DNA of 64,000 bases from NCBI RefSeq assembly GCF_964188315.1, contig NC_135668.1, positions 23,808,001 through 23,872,000 on the forward strand. The letters are read 5' to 3'. Both the position numbers and the translations under genes were made by a program. This document shows positions 37,231 through 48,582 of this stretch, piece after piece; the stretch's first letter is position 1, and every line of letters starts with the position of its first letter. Under the pieces are notes generated by a model that saw nothing but the letters and a program-made list of their open reading frames with translations, was not told where the DNA came from and ran no database searches. The DNA comes from Podarcis muralis. Taxonomy: Eukaryota.

Positions 37231-37679
37231 ATCTCACATACATTTCAAAATAACTTTTTTTCCCTTTTGCATTTTCCATTCCTAGCTATGCTTTCTCTGA
37301 ACTATTTTTTTTATAACACGAGTAGCCTACTCCCAACATCTGAAGTATTAAATTGTCTTTTTTACACAAGCTGTTAACTGACTCTTCTTGATAATTATCA
37401 CCGCTGGCAATTAATCAAGCTCAGTTCCCAGATTTTTCTGCTCTGTCGGTTTGCAGGTACTTTCCCATGCTTTGCCATATAATAGCCTTGTGATGTTCCA
37501 AAGTTGCAGAGTCTGGATCTTATTCCTATTAGGGGGACTTTCAAATCACCTGTTACTTGAGCCTTCTAACTAGAGACAGAATGGCTTCACAATAAAATAA
37601 ATATTTCAAGGCACATGTTAAAAAGCATATTTTCGAAGAGAGTGTTAAGACGAAGACTTAGTGGTCTAAAGTTAACACA

Positions 37680-37905
37680 AATGGGCTTCAGTTCCACTGA
37701 AGAGCTGTGTGCAGACGGTCCCAGGTTCATTCCCTGGGAGGGGCTGGGAATGTTCACTCTCTGAAATGCTGGGGAAAGTTGCAGGAGATTGCTCATTTCC
37801 TGCTTGTAGTCTTTCCACAAAGATCTGGTTCGCCATTGTGGAAAGCAGGACGCTGTGCTATATGGGCTTTTGGTCTGATCTAGTAGGGACTCTCTCATGT
37901 ACTTA
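37680..37905 (+). mobile_element. tRNA-SINE fragment followed by a CR1 3' tail
   Basis: gcagacggtcccaggttcattccctgg, then gatctggttcgccattgtgg...ggtctgatctagtagggactctctcatgtactt. Confidence 0.6.
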
Positions 37906-38774
37906 AAATGATAAAAGGACAAAAATCGAGGCCAGGAAACCAGAGGGGCTCGGTATAAACGCAGCTTGTGTTAGAAACAGCCCGTTCTAGTTGTATTGTA
38001 GCTTTTTATGCTTTCTGAAACATGAGCGATGCAAGAGAACCTTGTGTAACTGTGCTGTTCAGCTCATTGATGCCAGATTAGTTTGGTGTAGATGGTGTGG
38101 ATGACCCATGCAGTGTTGTAGGTTTTTGTTTTTATTTGTAAATCACCCTAAATAAGTGTGCATCAAGGTACATAATATTTTAGGTACCACAAGCTGAGCT
38201 CTAAAGGCATGGTATATATCCATGTATCTGCGGCTTTGCTTGATATCCTTGTGTAAACGGGAAATCTTGTTACCATACTAAATCTTACGTTTTGGCACTC
38301 GTGGGGAGCAGCAATCCATCTGCTTGCAAGACGCGCTGTCTGGAGCTGCTAATGAAATCCCTTAATAGCCTTGGAGACTTCTAATATTTACGTACACTGA
38401 GCTGAGGCGCAGCCCACTGCAGGCTAGCAAATCTGGCATCCAAGCAGAGAGCCTTTATGATGTCAGGTTAACACCGGTTGACTTATTTAAACTACTCGTT
38501 CAAAGTAATACTTCGAATGGTCATTTACTATCTTTAGCTGAAGACAAAAATAAGAAAACTCGCAGCCGCCTGTGGCTAAGGCCGCTGTGATGTCACGCAG
38601 TGTTCGCTAACAACTCTGAACTGCTTGAGCGGGGAAATGTCAGCAAAGGAATGTTGATAGGCTGTGTAACTTCTGTGAGGCAAGTGAAAGGGTAGGAACT
38701 GTAGCGCAGCGTTCAGACTCCTGCTTTGCAAGCCGAAGGTTCCTAGGTTCTTTCCTCGACAAGTCTAGCCAAAA

Positions 38775-38930
38775 GGACATGGGGACACAGGGAGCTGCCT
38801 TAACACCACATCAGACTGTTGGTCCATCTACCTCAGCCTGTCCATGTGGACTTGTAGGGGGTCTCTAGGGTTTCAGAGAGAGGTCTGGGGCCTTCTGCAT
38901 GCAAAGCAGATGCTCTGTCATTGAACTATA
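38775..38930 (-). mobile_element. tRNA-Ala-like SINE
   Basis: agggagctgccttaacaccacatcagactgttggtccatctacctcag...ttctgcatgcaaagcagatgctct. Confidence 0.7.
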
Positions 38931-39546
38931 AAACATTTGTGATTGTAACTTTGTTTTAAAACTCTTTTAAAGTATTTGCTGTTGTACACATGTCTTGTAA
39001 TACTTTTTCTAAAAAAAATTCTAGCCATTCTGTCTCTAGGAGTAGAAGAATGGACTATGATTCAATCAATAAATACGTCTGATAATGCAGAATTTAAACT
39101 GATAATTTGGGGGTTGTGCTTCACCAGTGGTGGGGAACCCTTTGCCGCCTAAGGGCTGCATTTCCTCCTGGGCAGCCTTCCACGGGCCATGTACCAGTGG
39201 TGGGCAGGGACAAAGGTTATAGTCATAGATGTAATTTCTTTTACCTTTGTACAGTAGACTAGCTTCTACACTCACACACTGCTCTCTAGCCCTTGTCCAG
39301 ATAAGCAAGAGGCGTTATCAGAATTCAAGCCAGGCAAAAATTACTCTAGGTGTGAAACTTGTCCCATGCGGGGGGATGTGGACTGGGGAGAGCTGGGGGG
39401 GGGGGCAGTTAGAGAGCCCCAGAGGACTGCATTCAGCTCCTGGGCCTGAGATTCCCCGCCCCTGTGCTGTGCCATTGTTTGGGTTGCGTTTATGCCTTAT
39501 AATGTGCCCATTATTTATGCTGCTTTGCTCTTTTTCCTCCTTGCAG

Positions 39547-39856
39547 TGTGTCCCAGCTCATGTGGCAAACATGCTTGTACTGACCAAAATGAATGTTGCC
39601 ACCCGGAGTGCTTGGGAAGCTGTACGGCCCCAAACAACAACTCGGCATGTGTGGCTTGTCGCAACTACTACCACGATGGGACCTGCGTCGCCACCTGCCC
39701 GCTCAACACGTACAAGTTTGAGGGTTGGCGCTGCATCACGAAGGAGGCCTGCTCCAAAGTGGCCTTGGAACACTTCGAATATGACAGCTTTGTGATTCAT
39801 GACGACGCGTGTGTGTCCGACTGTCCTCCTGGATTTGTGCGCAATGATACTCAAAG
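39547..39856 (+). CDS. IGF1R: IGF1R exon 3 (cysteine-rich region), 310 bp, phase 1 to phase 2
   Basis: cag|TGTGTCCC...CAAAG|gtaac. Translates [102 protein letters not shown]. Matches human IGF1R ([25 protein letters not shown]...) better than INSR or INSRR. One codon shorter than the 313-bp human exon. Confidence 0.97.
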
Positions 39857-40035
39857 GTAACACACACACAAACATTGCAAGTTGCTGTACTCTTTGGGAA
39901 ACAGAGTTGGAGAAAGGCTATTCAGACATGAAGGATATTGCAGTAGAGCATCGGTCCCATTTTCTAATATTCCATTAACAATGCAGTACCTCTTTTATTA
40001 TGGAAGTGTGGCTTTTTGACCAATGTACCAACTAT

Positions 40036-40189
40036 GGGACGCGGGTGGCGCTGTGGGTTAAACCACAGAGCCTAGGACTTGCCGATCAGAAGGTCGGCGG
40101 TTCGAATCCCCGTGACGGGGTGAGCTCCCGTTGCTCGGTCCCTGCTCCTGCCAACCTAGCAGTTTGAAAGCACGTCAAAGTGCAAGTAG

Positions 40190-40246
<57 letters not shown>

Positions 40247-40852
40247 TTTATTTATATCCCGCCCTCCCCAGCCGAAGCCGGGCTCAGGGTGGCTAACAAC
40301 AGTCAAATAGTCAAACAGTCAAATTCTAAAAACATTCTAAAAACATTTCATTATAAAAATTAATTAAAATCAAATTGTTGGCAACCGATTAGGCAAAATT
40401 CTGTGCAGGTTGCCAGAGGAGGGAGTCAGGCTGCGCCCTGACCAAAGGCCTGGTGGAACAACTCTGTCTTGCAGGCCCTGCGGAAAGATGTCAGGTCCCG
40501 CAGGGCCCTAGTCTCTTGTGACAGAGCATTCCACCAGATTGGAGCCGCAGCCGAGAAGGCCCTGGCTCTAGTTGAGGCCAGCCTAACCTCTCTGAGGCCT
40601 GGGACCTTAAGGATGTTTTTATTTAAAAAATAATAAATAGATAATAATAGATAAATAGGTACCGCTCCGGTGGGAAGGTAAACGGCGTTTCCGTGCACTG
40701 CTCTGGTTCGCCAGAAGCGGCTTAGTCATGCTGGCCACATGACCCGGAAGCTGTACGCCAGCTCCCTCGGCCAGTAATACGAGATGAGGATGAGCGCCAG
40801 AACCCCAGAGTCGTTCGTGACTGGACCTAATGGTCAGGGGTCCCTTTACCTT
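40036..40852 (+). mobile_element. Full-length Sauria-type SINE interrupted by an L2 insertion
   Basis: gggacgcgggtggcgctgtgggttaaacc...ggttcgaatcc head and ...gtccctttaccttt tail. 10-bp TSD TACCAACTAT at 40026-40035 and 40853-40862. Confidence 0.92.
40194..40647 (-). mobile_element. Young 5'-truncated L2 LINE with (ATT)n tail
   Basis: Open frame VPGLREVRLASTRARAFSAAAPIWWNALSQETRALRDLTSFRRACKTELFHQAFGQGAA* then 3' UTR and tail. TAGATAA is duplicated at 40187-40193 and 40648-40654. Confidence 0.88.
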
Positions 40853-41284
40853 TACCAACTATTTATGTGCGGACCAGGGGTGGCCCATCCCGTTTAGCTG
40901 CCTGAGGCGAAACAGAAAGGTGTCACCCTGTGCTTGCACTGCACACCCACACCCCTTGCCACCCCTCTCGAAGCCTCGCTTACTGGGGTTGCGCAGCTAC
41001 TGCTTCTGGGTTCTGACGAGGTCACATGACAGATTTTTGTCACAGACCTCTGAAGGTCTCTGTGATTTTGCAGGATTCTTGCGAGATCTCTCTGGGAGCC
41101 ACTGCAACCACTTGGGCAGTGGAGGTGGGCCTGGAGACACCACTTGAATTCTGCCACCTGAGACGGCTGTGTCAGCCCTCGTTGATGGGCAGGTGTGTGC
41201 ACAGAAACCAAACTTTTTTATTGCAGGAACATAACAGGGTTGGAGTAAGATGAGGGTATTTTGATATTTCCCTGGGAAAGAGGG

Positions 41285-41455
41285 TTTGACTGTTAAACCG
41301 CCTTAACGAACTTCAGCTCTCTGAGGAGGAGAAGGGGAGGGGACTCCTAACAACTATCAGCACCCTTAAAAACACTACAACTCCCAGGATTCTTTGGAGG
41401 AATCTATGACTGTTAAAAGCAATATAGTAGTGCTTTAAGTGTGTTGTGCCCATGA
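41285..41455. mobile_element. Harbinger-like MITE, right half
   Basis: ctcctaacaactatcagcacccttaa...actacaactcccaggattctttgg...tgactgttaaaagc. Confidence 0.6.
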
Positions 41456-42344
41456 GGCAAGTTGAACAATCCATGGACAGGTATGACATGGATCAACTTA
41501 CTGTGTGCAGACTACTTCCTCTGCATTGCAGTCAATGAGTAATGGAAATCTGTGTGAACTTGCCCCTAAATCCCTTTAGCATTGTAGCATCTGTTTCGTT
41601 TTTAAACCTTTGGCCAAAGAGCTTGGGTGACAGATTCCGGAGGGATGACCATGTTAGTCCGTTGCAGCAAAAAGAGACAGACTAACTTAATGGGTCAGAA
41701 GTGGGCCCAGAATCTTACTTTGTTGGGTGCAAGACAGATAAAACTTTGGCATTCTCATGAGTGGATGGTTACATAAATAAAGACAATCATTCCTCTTGAA
41801 CTTTTTTTTTTTTAAAAAAAAAGTTCTGTAGAGTGTTTGCCTTTATTTGTTCAGCGATTTCATTTTCTGTTGACATCTGACTTCTCATGTTTTTTATGTT
41901 AATTTATCCAAACAAACCTTCCTCTGACCCCCCTAGGAGTTCCTAGTTTATATACAGGTGCAAAGTACTGCTCTTTGCCCCTAATTTAGAAACCCAGTGT
42001 TTACTGGGAAAAGTTTTTTCCTTGCTGCCTCTGACTACTTGAGTTTTCAGGCGATTAAAAACACTCATAAAAAGCATATGCCTCTTTATCTGAGCCTCTG
42101 TGTGGTAATGGAGAAGATGGGAAGTGGTGAATTGAAAGCCAATGAAATTTGTAGTGTCCCCTCCTCCCTTCACCACTTGCCTTCCCATGATTAGCACTGA
42201 TAGCTGCAAAGGAAGGGGTGGTAATGATTGGTGTGTTTACTTTTAATGGTTTCTGGCATGCACCAACAGAGCCACGTACTGAGAGCGCTTGAAATAAGTG
42301 TGAGGATCAATCAATCATTGGGTTGTTGTTGTTTTTGATTATGT

Positions 42345-42500
42345 ATTCTGTGTTTCTATGTTATAACCTCCCTGAGACCTGCAGGTATAGGGTGGTATAC
42401 AAATTTAATAAATAAATAAATTTGTATGCTGCTTTTCCAAAGTTCAAACCATGCTCAAGGTGGCTTACAACATATAAAACATTACACAATTCCAAATGTA
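42345..42500. mobile_element. Tail-to-tail L2 3' ends
   Basis: cctgagacctgcaggtatagggtggtatacaaatttaataaataaataaa (+), then tttgtatgctgcttttcc...ctcaaggtggcttacaa (-). Confidence 0.5.
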
Positions 42501-43138
42501 GCAATAGTAGTCAGAAACAATAAACAAAACATCAAGTACACAACCAAATTGGACAGTTTCCACATAAACCATAAGATCTGAAATAAAAGTTACAAAAAAT
42601 TAACAGCAACAACACACCCACACCCCGCCACCCAGCAACGCTGCATCCTAAACAATGCCCCAGCCCAAGATTCTGTTCAGCAGCCTCAGCTTTTGTAGCT
42701 GGAGTCAGTCAGGGCCCCACCCTTCCAGGCCAGGTGGGAAAAGGCCTGCAAGGCAGGGAGCAGTTCTTCCAGGACTTACAGGCAGTGACTGGAAAAGTGC
42801 ATCTTATAGCCATGATAGCTATATTACCTTCATGACTAAAAACTGGCGGCTTACGAGAAGGTGACCCTCTATAAAGAGGAGAAAGATTGGAAGTTCTCAA
42901 ATATATGGACTTCTTGCCATATATTTGAATGTCCCACCACTTCCTCCTCCCCTTCCTCTCTCCTCCCTCATTAAAAGTGCACACAGAACATAATTGTTTT
43001 GATTTATTATGGTTTAACTTGTGTTGTTTGACTATTGTTTTGTTTTTCCGTCTTCTTGGGGAAGTTTAATTTAAAAAACCTATTGATTGAAAAATGGCAG
43101 GTTTTTGCTGATTGTTTGTTGCCCTTCTCTCCTGACAG

Positions 43139-43284
43139 CATGTTCTGCAGCCCTTGCGAAGGACCCTGCCCCAAGGTGTGCTCCTTTGAAAAGACGATAA
43201 CCATTGACTCTGTCACGTCGGCAGAGTTGTTACAAGGATGCACAGAAATCAAAGGGAGCCTCGTTATCAACATCCGCCGTGGAA
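43139..43284 (+). CDS. IGF1R: IGF1R exon 4 (end of CR, start of L2), 146 bp
   Basis: cctgacag|CATGTTC...CGTGGAA|gtaag. Translates [48 protein letters not shown]. Phases 2/1 fit exons 3 and 5. Confidence 0.97.
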
Positions 43285-43980
43285 GTAAGAAACAGTTTCT
43301 GTTCACTTGCTTGCTTGCTCATGTTTGTGTGTGTGTGTGTTTAATCACCATCACTCCTATTTTTCTAGAAAATGTAGGTGCGGGAACTCACCACGAGCTT
43401 CTCCCTTGCTCTCTTAGAATGGCAGTGGTGCCTACCTGAGAGGTGCCGGAACTGAGCTCCTGTGAGCTCTGGCTGAAAAAACACTACTATTGTTTGAGAA
43501 ACGTCTCCATTTTGGATACGTTACAAATAATGCAAGCTTCTTTTTTAAAAAAAGTTCCCTTTTTAATGGTTTATTTTTATTTTGTCCTGTTTCTTTATAA
43601 AAAGCAACAAGCTATGCAGAAGGATGGTAAAGTAGTCTTTTAAAAGAAATGGAATAATGCTTGCTTGGTAGAATGCAGGCCATTTGGGAGAGGTACTTGC
43701 TAAAGCAGGTATAGGGAGGGAGGGAGGAAAGGAAGCATCCTTTGCCTTCAAACAGTCAGCAGACCGCAGGCAAGTTGAGTCTTCTGTCCTCTCCATTGAC
43801 ATGGATTTCCCCCTTTCATCTCTGCATTACAACACCTCCTGCCTCACCAGCAGAGTTTCTCTAATAATTACAGGGACTTCCCGCCTTCCTCCATTGCATC
43901 AGTAAGGAAAATGAGAAGATTCCACTTGCCTGGAGTGCCTTAGCCAAATGGCCAGGGAGAATATTTAGCATTTCCATTTG

Positions 43981-44237
43981 GAGAGCCAGTGTGGTGTAGT
44001 GGTTAAGAGCGATAGTCTCGTAATCTGGGGAACCGGGTTCGCGTCTCTGCTCCTCCACATGCAGCTGCTGGGTGACCGTGGGCTAGTCAAACTTCTCTGA
44101 AGTCTCTCAGCCCCACTCACCTCACAGAGTGTTTGTTGTGGGGGAGGAAGGGAAAGGAGAATGTTAGCCGCTTTGAGACTCCTGAAGGGGAGTGAAAGGC
44201 GGGATATCAAATCCAAACTCTTCTTCTTCTTCTTCTT
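43981..44237 (+). mobile_element. Full-length young Squam3-type SINE with (CTT)n tail
   Basis: gagagccagtgtggtgtagtggttaagagc...gggttcgcgtctc...gttagccgctttgagactcc...atccaaactcttcttctt. Confidence 0.9.
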
Positions 44238-44575
44238 TTGGATGGTTATTGGGAGCCCGAAATCTGCAAGATTGCTTATGGGCAACTTTTCAGCTTGTAA
44301 CAAAGTTTCTAGCTCTCATGAGTGGTAGAATGGTTTGGTAATCTTATGAATCGTATTGTATTTTAACTTTTAATGTATTGCTTATATATTCAAAGCTTAC
44401 GTACTTTCGTTTATTTTTAAAATTGTCTAGGCCAGTGCAGTAAATTTGATGATGATGAAAAACTACATTGTGCTTATCTTTCCTGGTCCACCTCTCAGTT
44501 TATTTGGCTTCCCACCATGAATATAAGTATTTGGAAGTTTGATTGTTGGAACAGAATAAAATGTGTATGGGAAGC

Positions 44576-44577
<2 letters not shown>

Positions 44578-44618
<41 letters not shown>
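44578..44618. repeat. (AC)n microsatellite
   Basis: Direct reading. Confidence 0.95.
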
Positions 44619-44621
<3 letters not shown>

Positions 44622-45179
44622 ATGCCAATAGGCTAAATCCACATACTTCTTACAGTTGAATTTTGTATTAGTTTGATCTGGGTAGAATGGCCTTCACCAA
44701 ACTACTCTATAGGTGCCTACAAATCCCATACATCCCAGCCACCATTAGAACTCAGTGGTTTCTGACAATGGAAATTTTAGCCCAAAACATCCAGAGGGCA
44801 CCAGATTGGGGAAGGCTGGAGTAGAATATACACAGTGTGGAGGGGGAACTCTTTTGTTCCACAAAACAGACAATTACTGCCTCTTCTTAGATAAGGGAAA
44901 TGAATTCACAATATGACCTTGAAGGTGGGGATACTGTTGCACGTGGAGAGGCAAGGGGCGCAAGTGCGCTTTGGGTCTCCCAAGTAAGGGGAGATATTCT
45001 TTCCATTGCTCAGTGGGGGGACGACCCAGAAATAAAGTCAAGGTTGCCATATGTAAGGGAAATTCCAGACATCTCTTAAAATTCAATCCCCCCCCCCCCC
45101 GTGGACATCATTTTAGGCATCAAATTTCATGGCATGCCTGGAATTTTCTGGACGTATTGCGAGCCTAGAACCGATTCTC

Positions 45180-45392
45180 ATCCCAGAGCTGCAATTCCCA
45201 GAGTTCTCTGTGAAAATTGGATTGATTGGTAAACCACGCTGGGAATTGCATAACTGGGAGGGGAATAAGAATCTCCTACCAACTCTCAGCACCCTTAACA
45301 AACTATAGCTCCCAGAATTCTTTGGGTGGGGGAAGCCATGACTGTTTAAAAGCGGTATCATAGTACTTTGAATGTCGGGTTTAAATGTGGCC
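45180..45392. mobile_element. Harbinger-like MITE, right part
   Basis: gggaataagaatctcctaccaactctcagcacccttaacaaactatagctcccagaattc...tttaaatgtggcc. Confidence 0.65.
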
Positions 45393-45892
45393 TATGTCTT
45401 CAAATCAAATATGGGAACAAAGAGCTGCTGCTGTTTAGAAGCTTGTGGTGTTTCTTTTCCCCCCTTGTTTCTTTTTTAGTGTTTTTTTTTAAAAGTAAGG
45501 GTGCATTTTAATGTTGGCACCTCCTTTCGTAGAGACGTTGGGTGGCACGTCTGTGGATTAAGGTATTTGCCCACTGGCAAAGTTTTTCCTGCAGTGTACA
45601 TGATGCCCTCTTTAAATACTGGCGCCGAAGCTTCCATTCCTGCCCTCCCTGGTGCCATGAGCTGGCCTCACCAAGTACATGTCTTAACAGAATACAAGTG
45701 CTTAGTTAACGATTCGTCGGGGTAGTGAATCATACTCTGGGAAGATTCCAACCAATGCTAAACTTTAAAAAGTGTTACTCTTCTTCTCTTTCTTGAAATG
45801 TGTGCTTTGTCTTTATTATAAACAAGCAAGGAAGAATCCAGAGAGGAACACTATAATTTTGTCTGTTGCATTGAGCCACATTTCTGCTAGAT

Positions 45893-46475
45893 ATTTAAAG
45901 GCACCACGATACCACTATAAAGTGGTGGATTCTCCCAAAGAATGATGGGAGCTGCAGTTTGTTAAAACTGCTGAGAATTGTTAGAAGATTGCAGCTTCCC
46001 TCACAGAACTACACTTCCCAGAGTTCCCTGGGAAGTACGAATGGTTGTTAAACCACTCTGGGAACTGTAGTTCTGGGAGGGGAATAAAGGTAAAGGGACC
46101 CCTGACCATTAGGTCCACTCGTGACCGACTGGGGTTGCGGCGCTCATCTCGCTTTATTGGCCGAGGGAGCCGGCGTACAGCTTCTGGGTCATGTGGCCAG
46201 CATGACTAAGCTGCTTCTGGCGAACCAGAGCAGCGCATGGAAACGCCGTTTACCTTCCTGCCGGAGCAGTACCTATTGATCTACTTGCACTTTGACGTGC
46301 TTTCAAACTGCTAGGTTGGCAGGAGCAGGAACTGAGCAACGGGAGCTCACCCAGTTGCGGAGATTCGAACCGCTGACCTGATCCTAACAATTCTCAGCAC
46401 CCTTAGCAAATGGCACTTCCCATAATTCTTTGGGGGAGCCATGACTGATTTTAAATATATGGTGTGGATGTAGCC
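45893..46475. mobile_element. Harbinger-like MITE interrupted by a Sauria SINE
   Basis: Left arm runs to gggaataa at 46088. Right arm resumes at atcctaacaattctcagcacc (46381) and ends ggtgtggatgtagcc. Confidence 0.7.
46086..46380 (-). mobile_element. Sauria-type SINE missing its 5' end (about 50 bp)
   Basis: aaaggtaaagggacccctgaccattaggtcc...ctacttgcactttgacgtgctttc...gattcgaaccgctgacc is the reverse complement of the copies at 40036 and 54300. Confidence 0.92.
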
Positions 46476-47559
46476 TGAGTTCAGCAAGGAACTGTTTTGT
46501 AGCTAGTGGAGACAGTTCAATGAGGGTGAATAAGGGTATTGTCCCACTAAACTCATTGTGCTCTCAGTCCAACTCTACAATTCTATGATACTGTGGCCTG
46601 CCTGTCTTTTTAATTGCCACCACCAGTTCAAGGGTTGACCTTAGTCTCAGGGTTGCCCTTGTAGAACTCAGTAGGGTGGAGTGTGGGGAGAAAACAAGAA
46701 TTGGTCGATTCTGACCATCATTGGCTCTGGCTCCACCTACTGCTTGGCTCCCTGCCTTCTGCCCTACCAGCCCAATGGGATCCAGCCTCCACTGATTACA
46801 ACTATGTTTCCCTCTGATAGCATTTTCACACCTTTCGAAACAGAACTTTAATTCTGCCTCATGTTGACTGTTAAGTTAGCTCATCGTTTGTCTTAACTGG
46901 ATCTGCAAGAACAAAATGTCCAAGATAAGAGAGGCAGTTAAAAGCTATAATTTTGGGGGGGAGGGGGGTGACATTCCTTTTGGCCTGAGTCATGATACAG
47001 CCCCAGAAATACCATAATTCTTTCCCTCTATTTATTTCCCTAAAGCAAAACTTGTGGGAAACCTAAACCTTGCGCTCAAGGAAGTGATAAGCAGCTTTCT
47101 TAAAAGTGCTGTAGAGAATCTGTACTCCATTCAGTCTCCTGTTATAAACATGGGCCGACTATCCTCCTTATCCTAATGGTACAGGAATAGGGAGGGCTAG
47201 TCTGGATGTCAGCTTTGAGTCCAGGCCTATGGTTTTATGCCTGTATGATGGAATTCTGTAGAAAGAGAGGCTACTAAAGCGGTCCAACCAGTCTCTTTGT
47301 TAAATTAATAGCTGTAGGATATCTCTTTGCATGACTTAAGAGTACAGTCAACTAGTTGCCATAGAAACTACTGTGCTGGAGATGTATCCAGAAGGCAGGC
47401 CTTGCCCTGCCTCTTGCCCTGGCTGGAGGTGGTATCCCTGGTATGTGTAGGAGAACAATAAACCTGGGCTAGTCTGATGTGGGCCTGGAGGTGGGCAGAC
47501 ACAGCATCCACAGCTTTGGCTTTCAGGGGCCTAGAAACCTAATGAGGAAACAAATACTA

Positions 47560-47761
47560 CAGTCATACCTCGGGTTAAAGTAGCTGCGGGTTGAGCGTTT
47601 TCCGGTTGTGCTCCGCAGCGACCCGGAAGTAATGGAACGCATTACTTCCGGGTTTCGCCGCATGCACAGACGCTCAAAATGACATCATGCGCGGAAGCAG
47701 CGAATCGCAACCTGCAGATGTGGGTCGGAACAGATCCCGTTCACATCCAAAGGTACCACTG
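47560..47761. mobile_element. Tc1/mariner (Tigger-like) MITE, 202 bp
   Basis: ta|CAGTCATACCTCGG...CCAAAGGTACCACTG|ta. Imperfect TIRs with TA TSD. Confidence 0.8.
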
Positions 47762-48339
47762 TATTGGCAAATTAATGACCTGAAGCGTCTTTTGTTCTGC
47801 TTGCATGTACTGTATGTGTAAATAAAACCATATCTCACAAAGAGAGCACAGTCTCCAGTGAACTTTATTTCAAGGAAACAAAACCTGGAGTATGCTCTGG
47901 CACCCCTGAAATCTCTCGTTTCTCAGAGATTTTTGGGGTGTGGGTGTGTGAGGGTGACACTAATTTATTTGGAAATCCAAACACTCCTTTGGAGAGTTAT
48001 CTAGGTGAAGCTTTCTTAGCACAGGGAGTCTGTTGGGGCTTTATCAGAAGGGTTGAGACAGTGGAAATCCTACTATTCCAAATTACCCAATGAAGCTAAG
48101 TTGTTCTGGCAGTCCTGGACCTACTTCCAAAGGAAGTATTACTTCTCACCATGCGTAACTAACTTAAAAGAGTCCACCACTACAGAATGGGATGATGGTC
48201 ATAAGCTTAGAGGCCATTAAACACAGATTAGACAAATTAATGAAGACCATGAGAGCCAACCTCCAAGAGTAGCAAACCTCTGGATAACTAAAGTTTCTGA
48301 CCAAATCGGTGATGGGCATTGACCACTATGTCCTGTGTT

Positions 48340-48582
48340 TGAGAAGAGCCTTACTGGATCAGGCCAGTGGTCCATCTAGTCCAGCATGCTGTTCTCACAG
48401 TGGCCAACCAGATGCCTATGAGAAGCACACAAGCAGGACCTGAGTGCAACAGCAATTCTCCATGCTTGCTATTTCCAACAACTGGTATTCAGAGGCATGC
48501 AGCGTCTGACAGTGGAAGTAGAACAATAGCCATTATGGCTATCGGCTGTTGAGAGTTGTATCCTCCCTGAATTTGTCTAATC
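48340..48582 (-). mobile_element. CR1 3' fragment (an opposite-strand CR1 remnant lies at about 48165-48250)
   Basis: gagaagagccttactggatcaggccagtggtccatctagtccagcatgctg...gaatttgtctaatcct. Confidence 0.85.

Larger units (their letters stand above)
1..39546 (+). other. IGF1R: Distal part of IGF1R intron 2 (exons 1-2 lie upstream of the window)
   Basis: No IGF1R exon-like sequence before 39547. Ends in a polypyrimidine tract plus acceptor (ctttttcctccttgcag). IGF1R intron 2 is very large in other vertebrates. Confidence 0.9.

Noticed and set aside
39247-39795. 182-aa ORF overlapping exon 3 in another frame
   Set aside because: Shadow frame of a GC-rich exon plus intron sequence; no independent evidence.
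43098-43138. Upstream AG (tggcag at 43100) as an alternative exon 4 acceptor
   Set aside because: No polypyrimidine tract before it, and use would add 38 nt and shift the frame.
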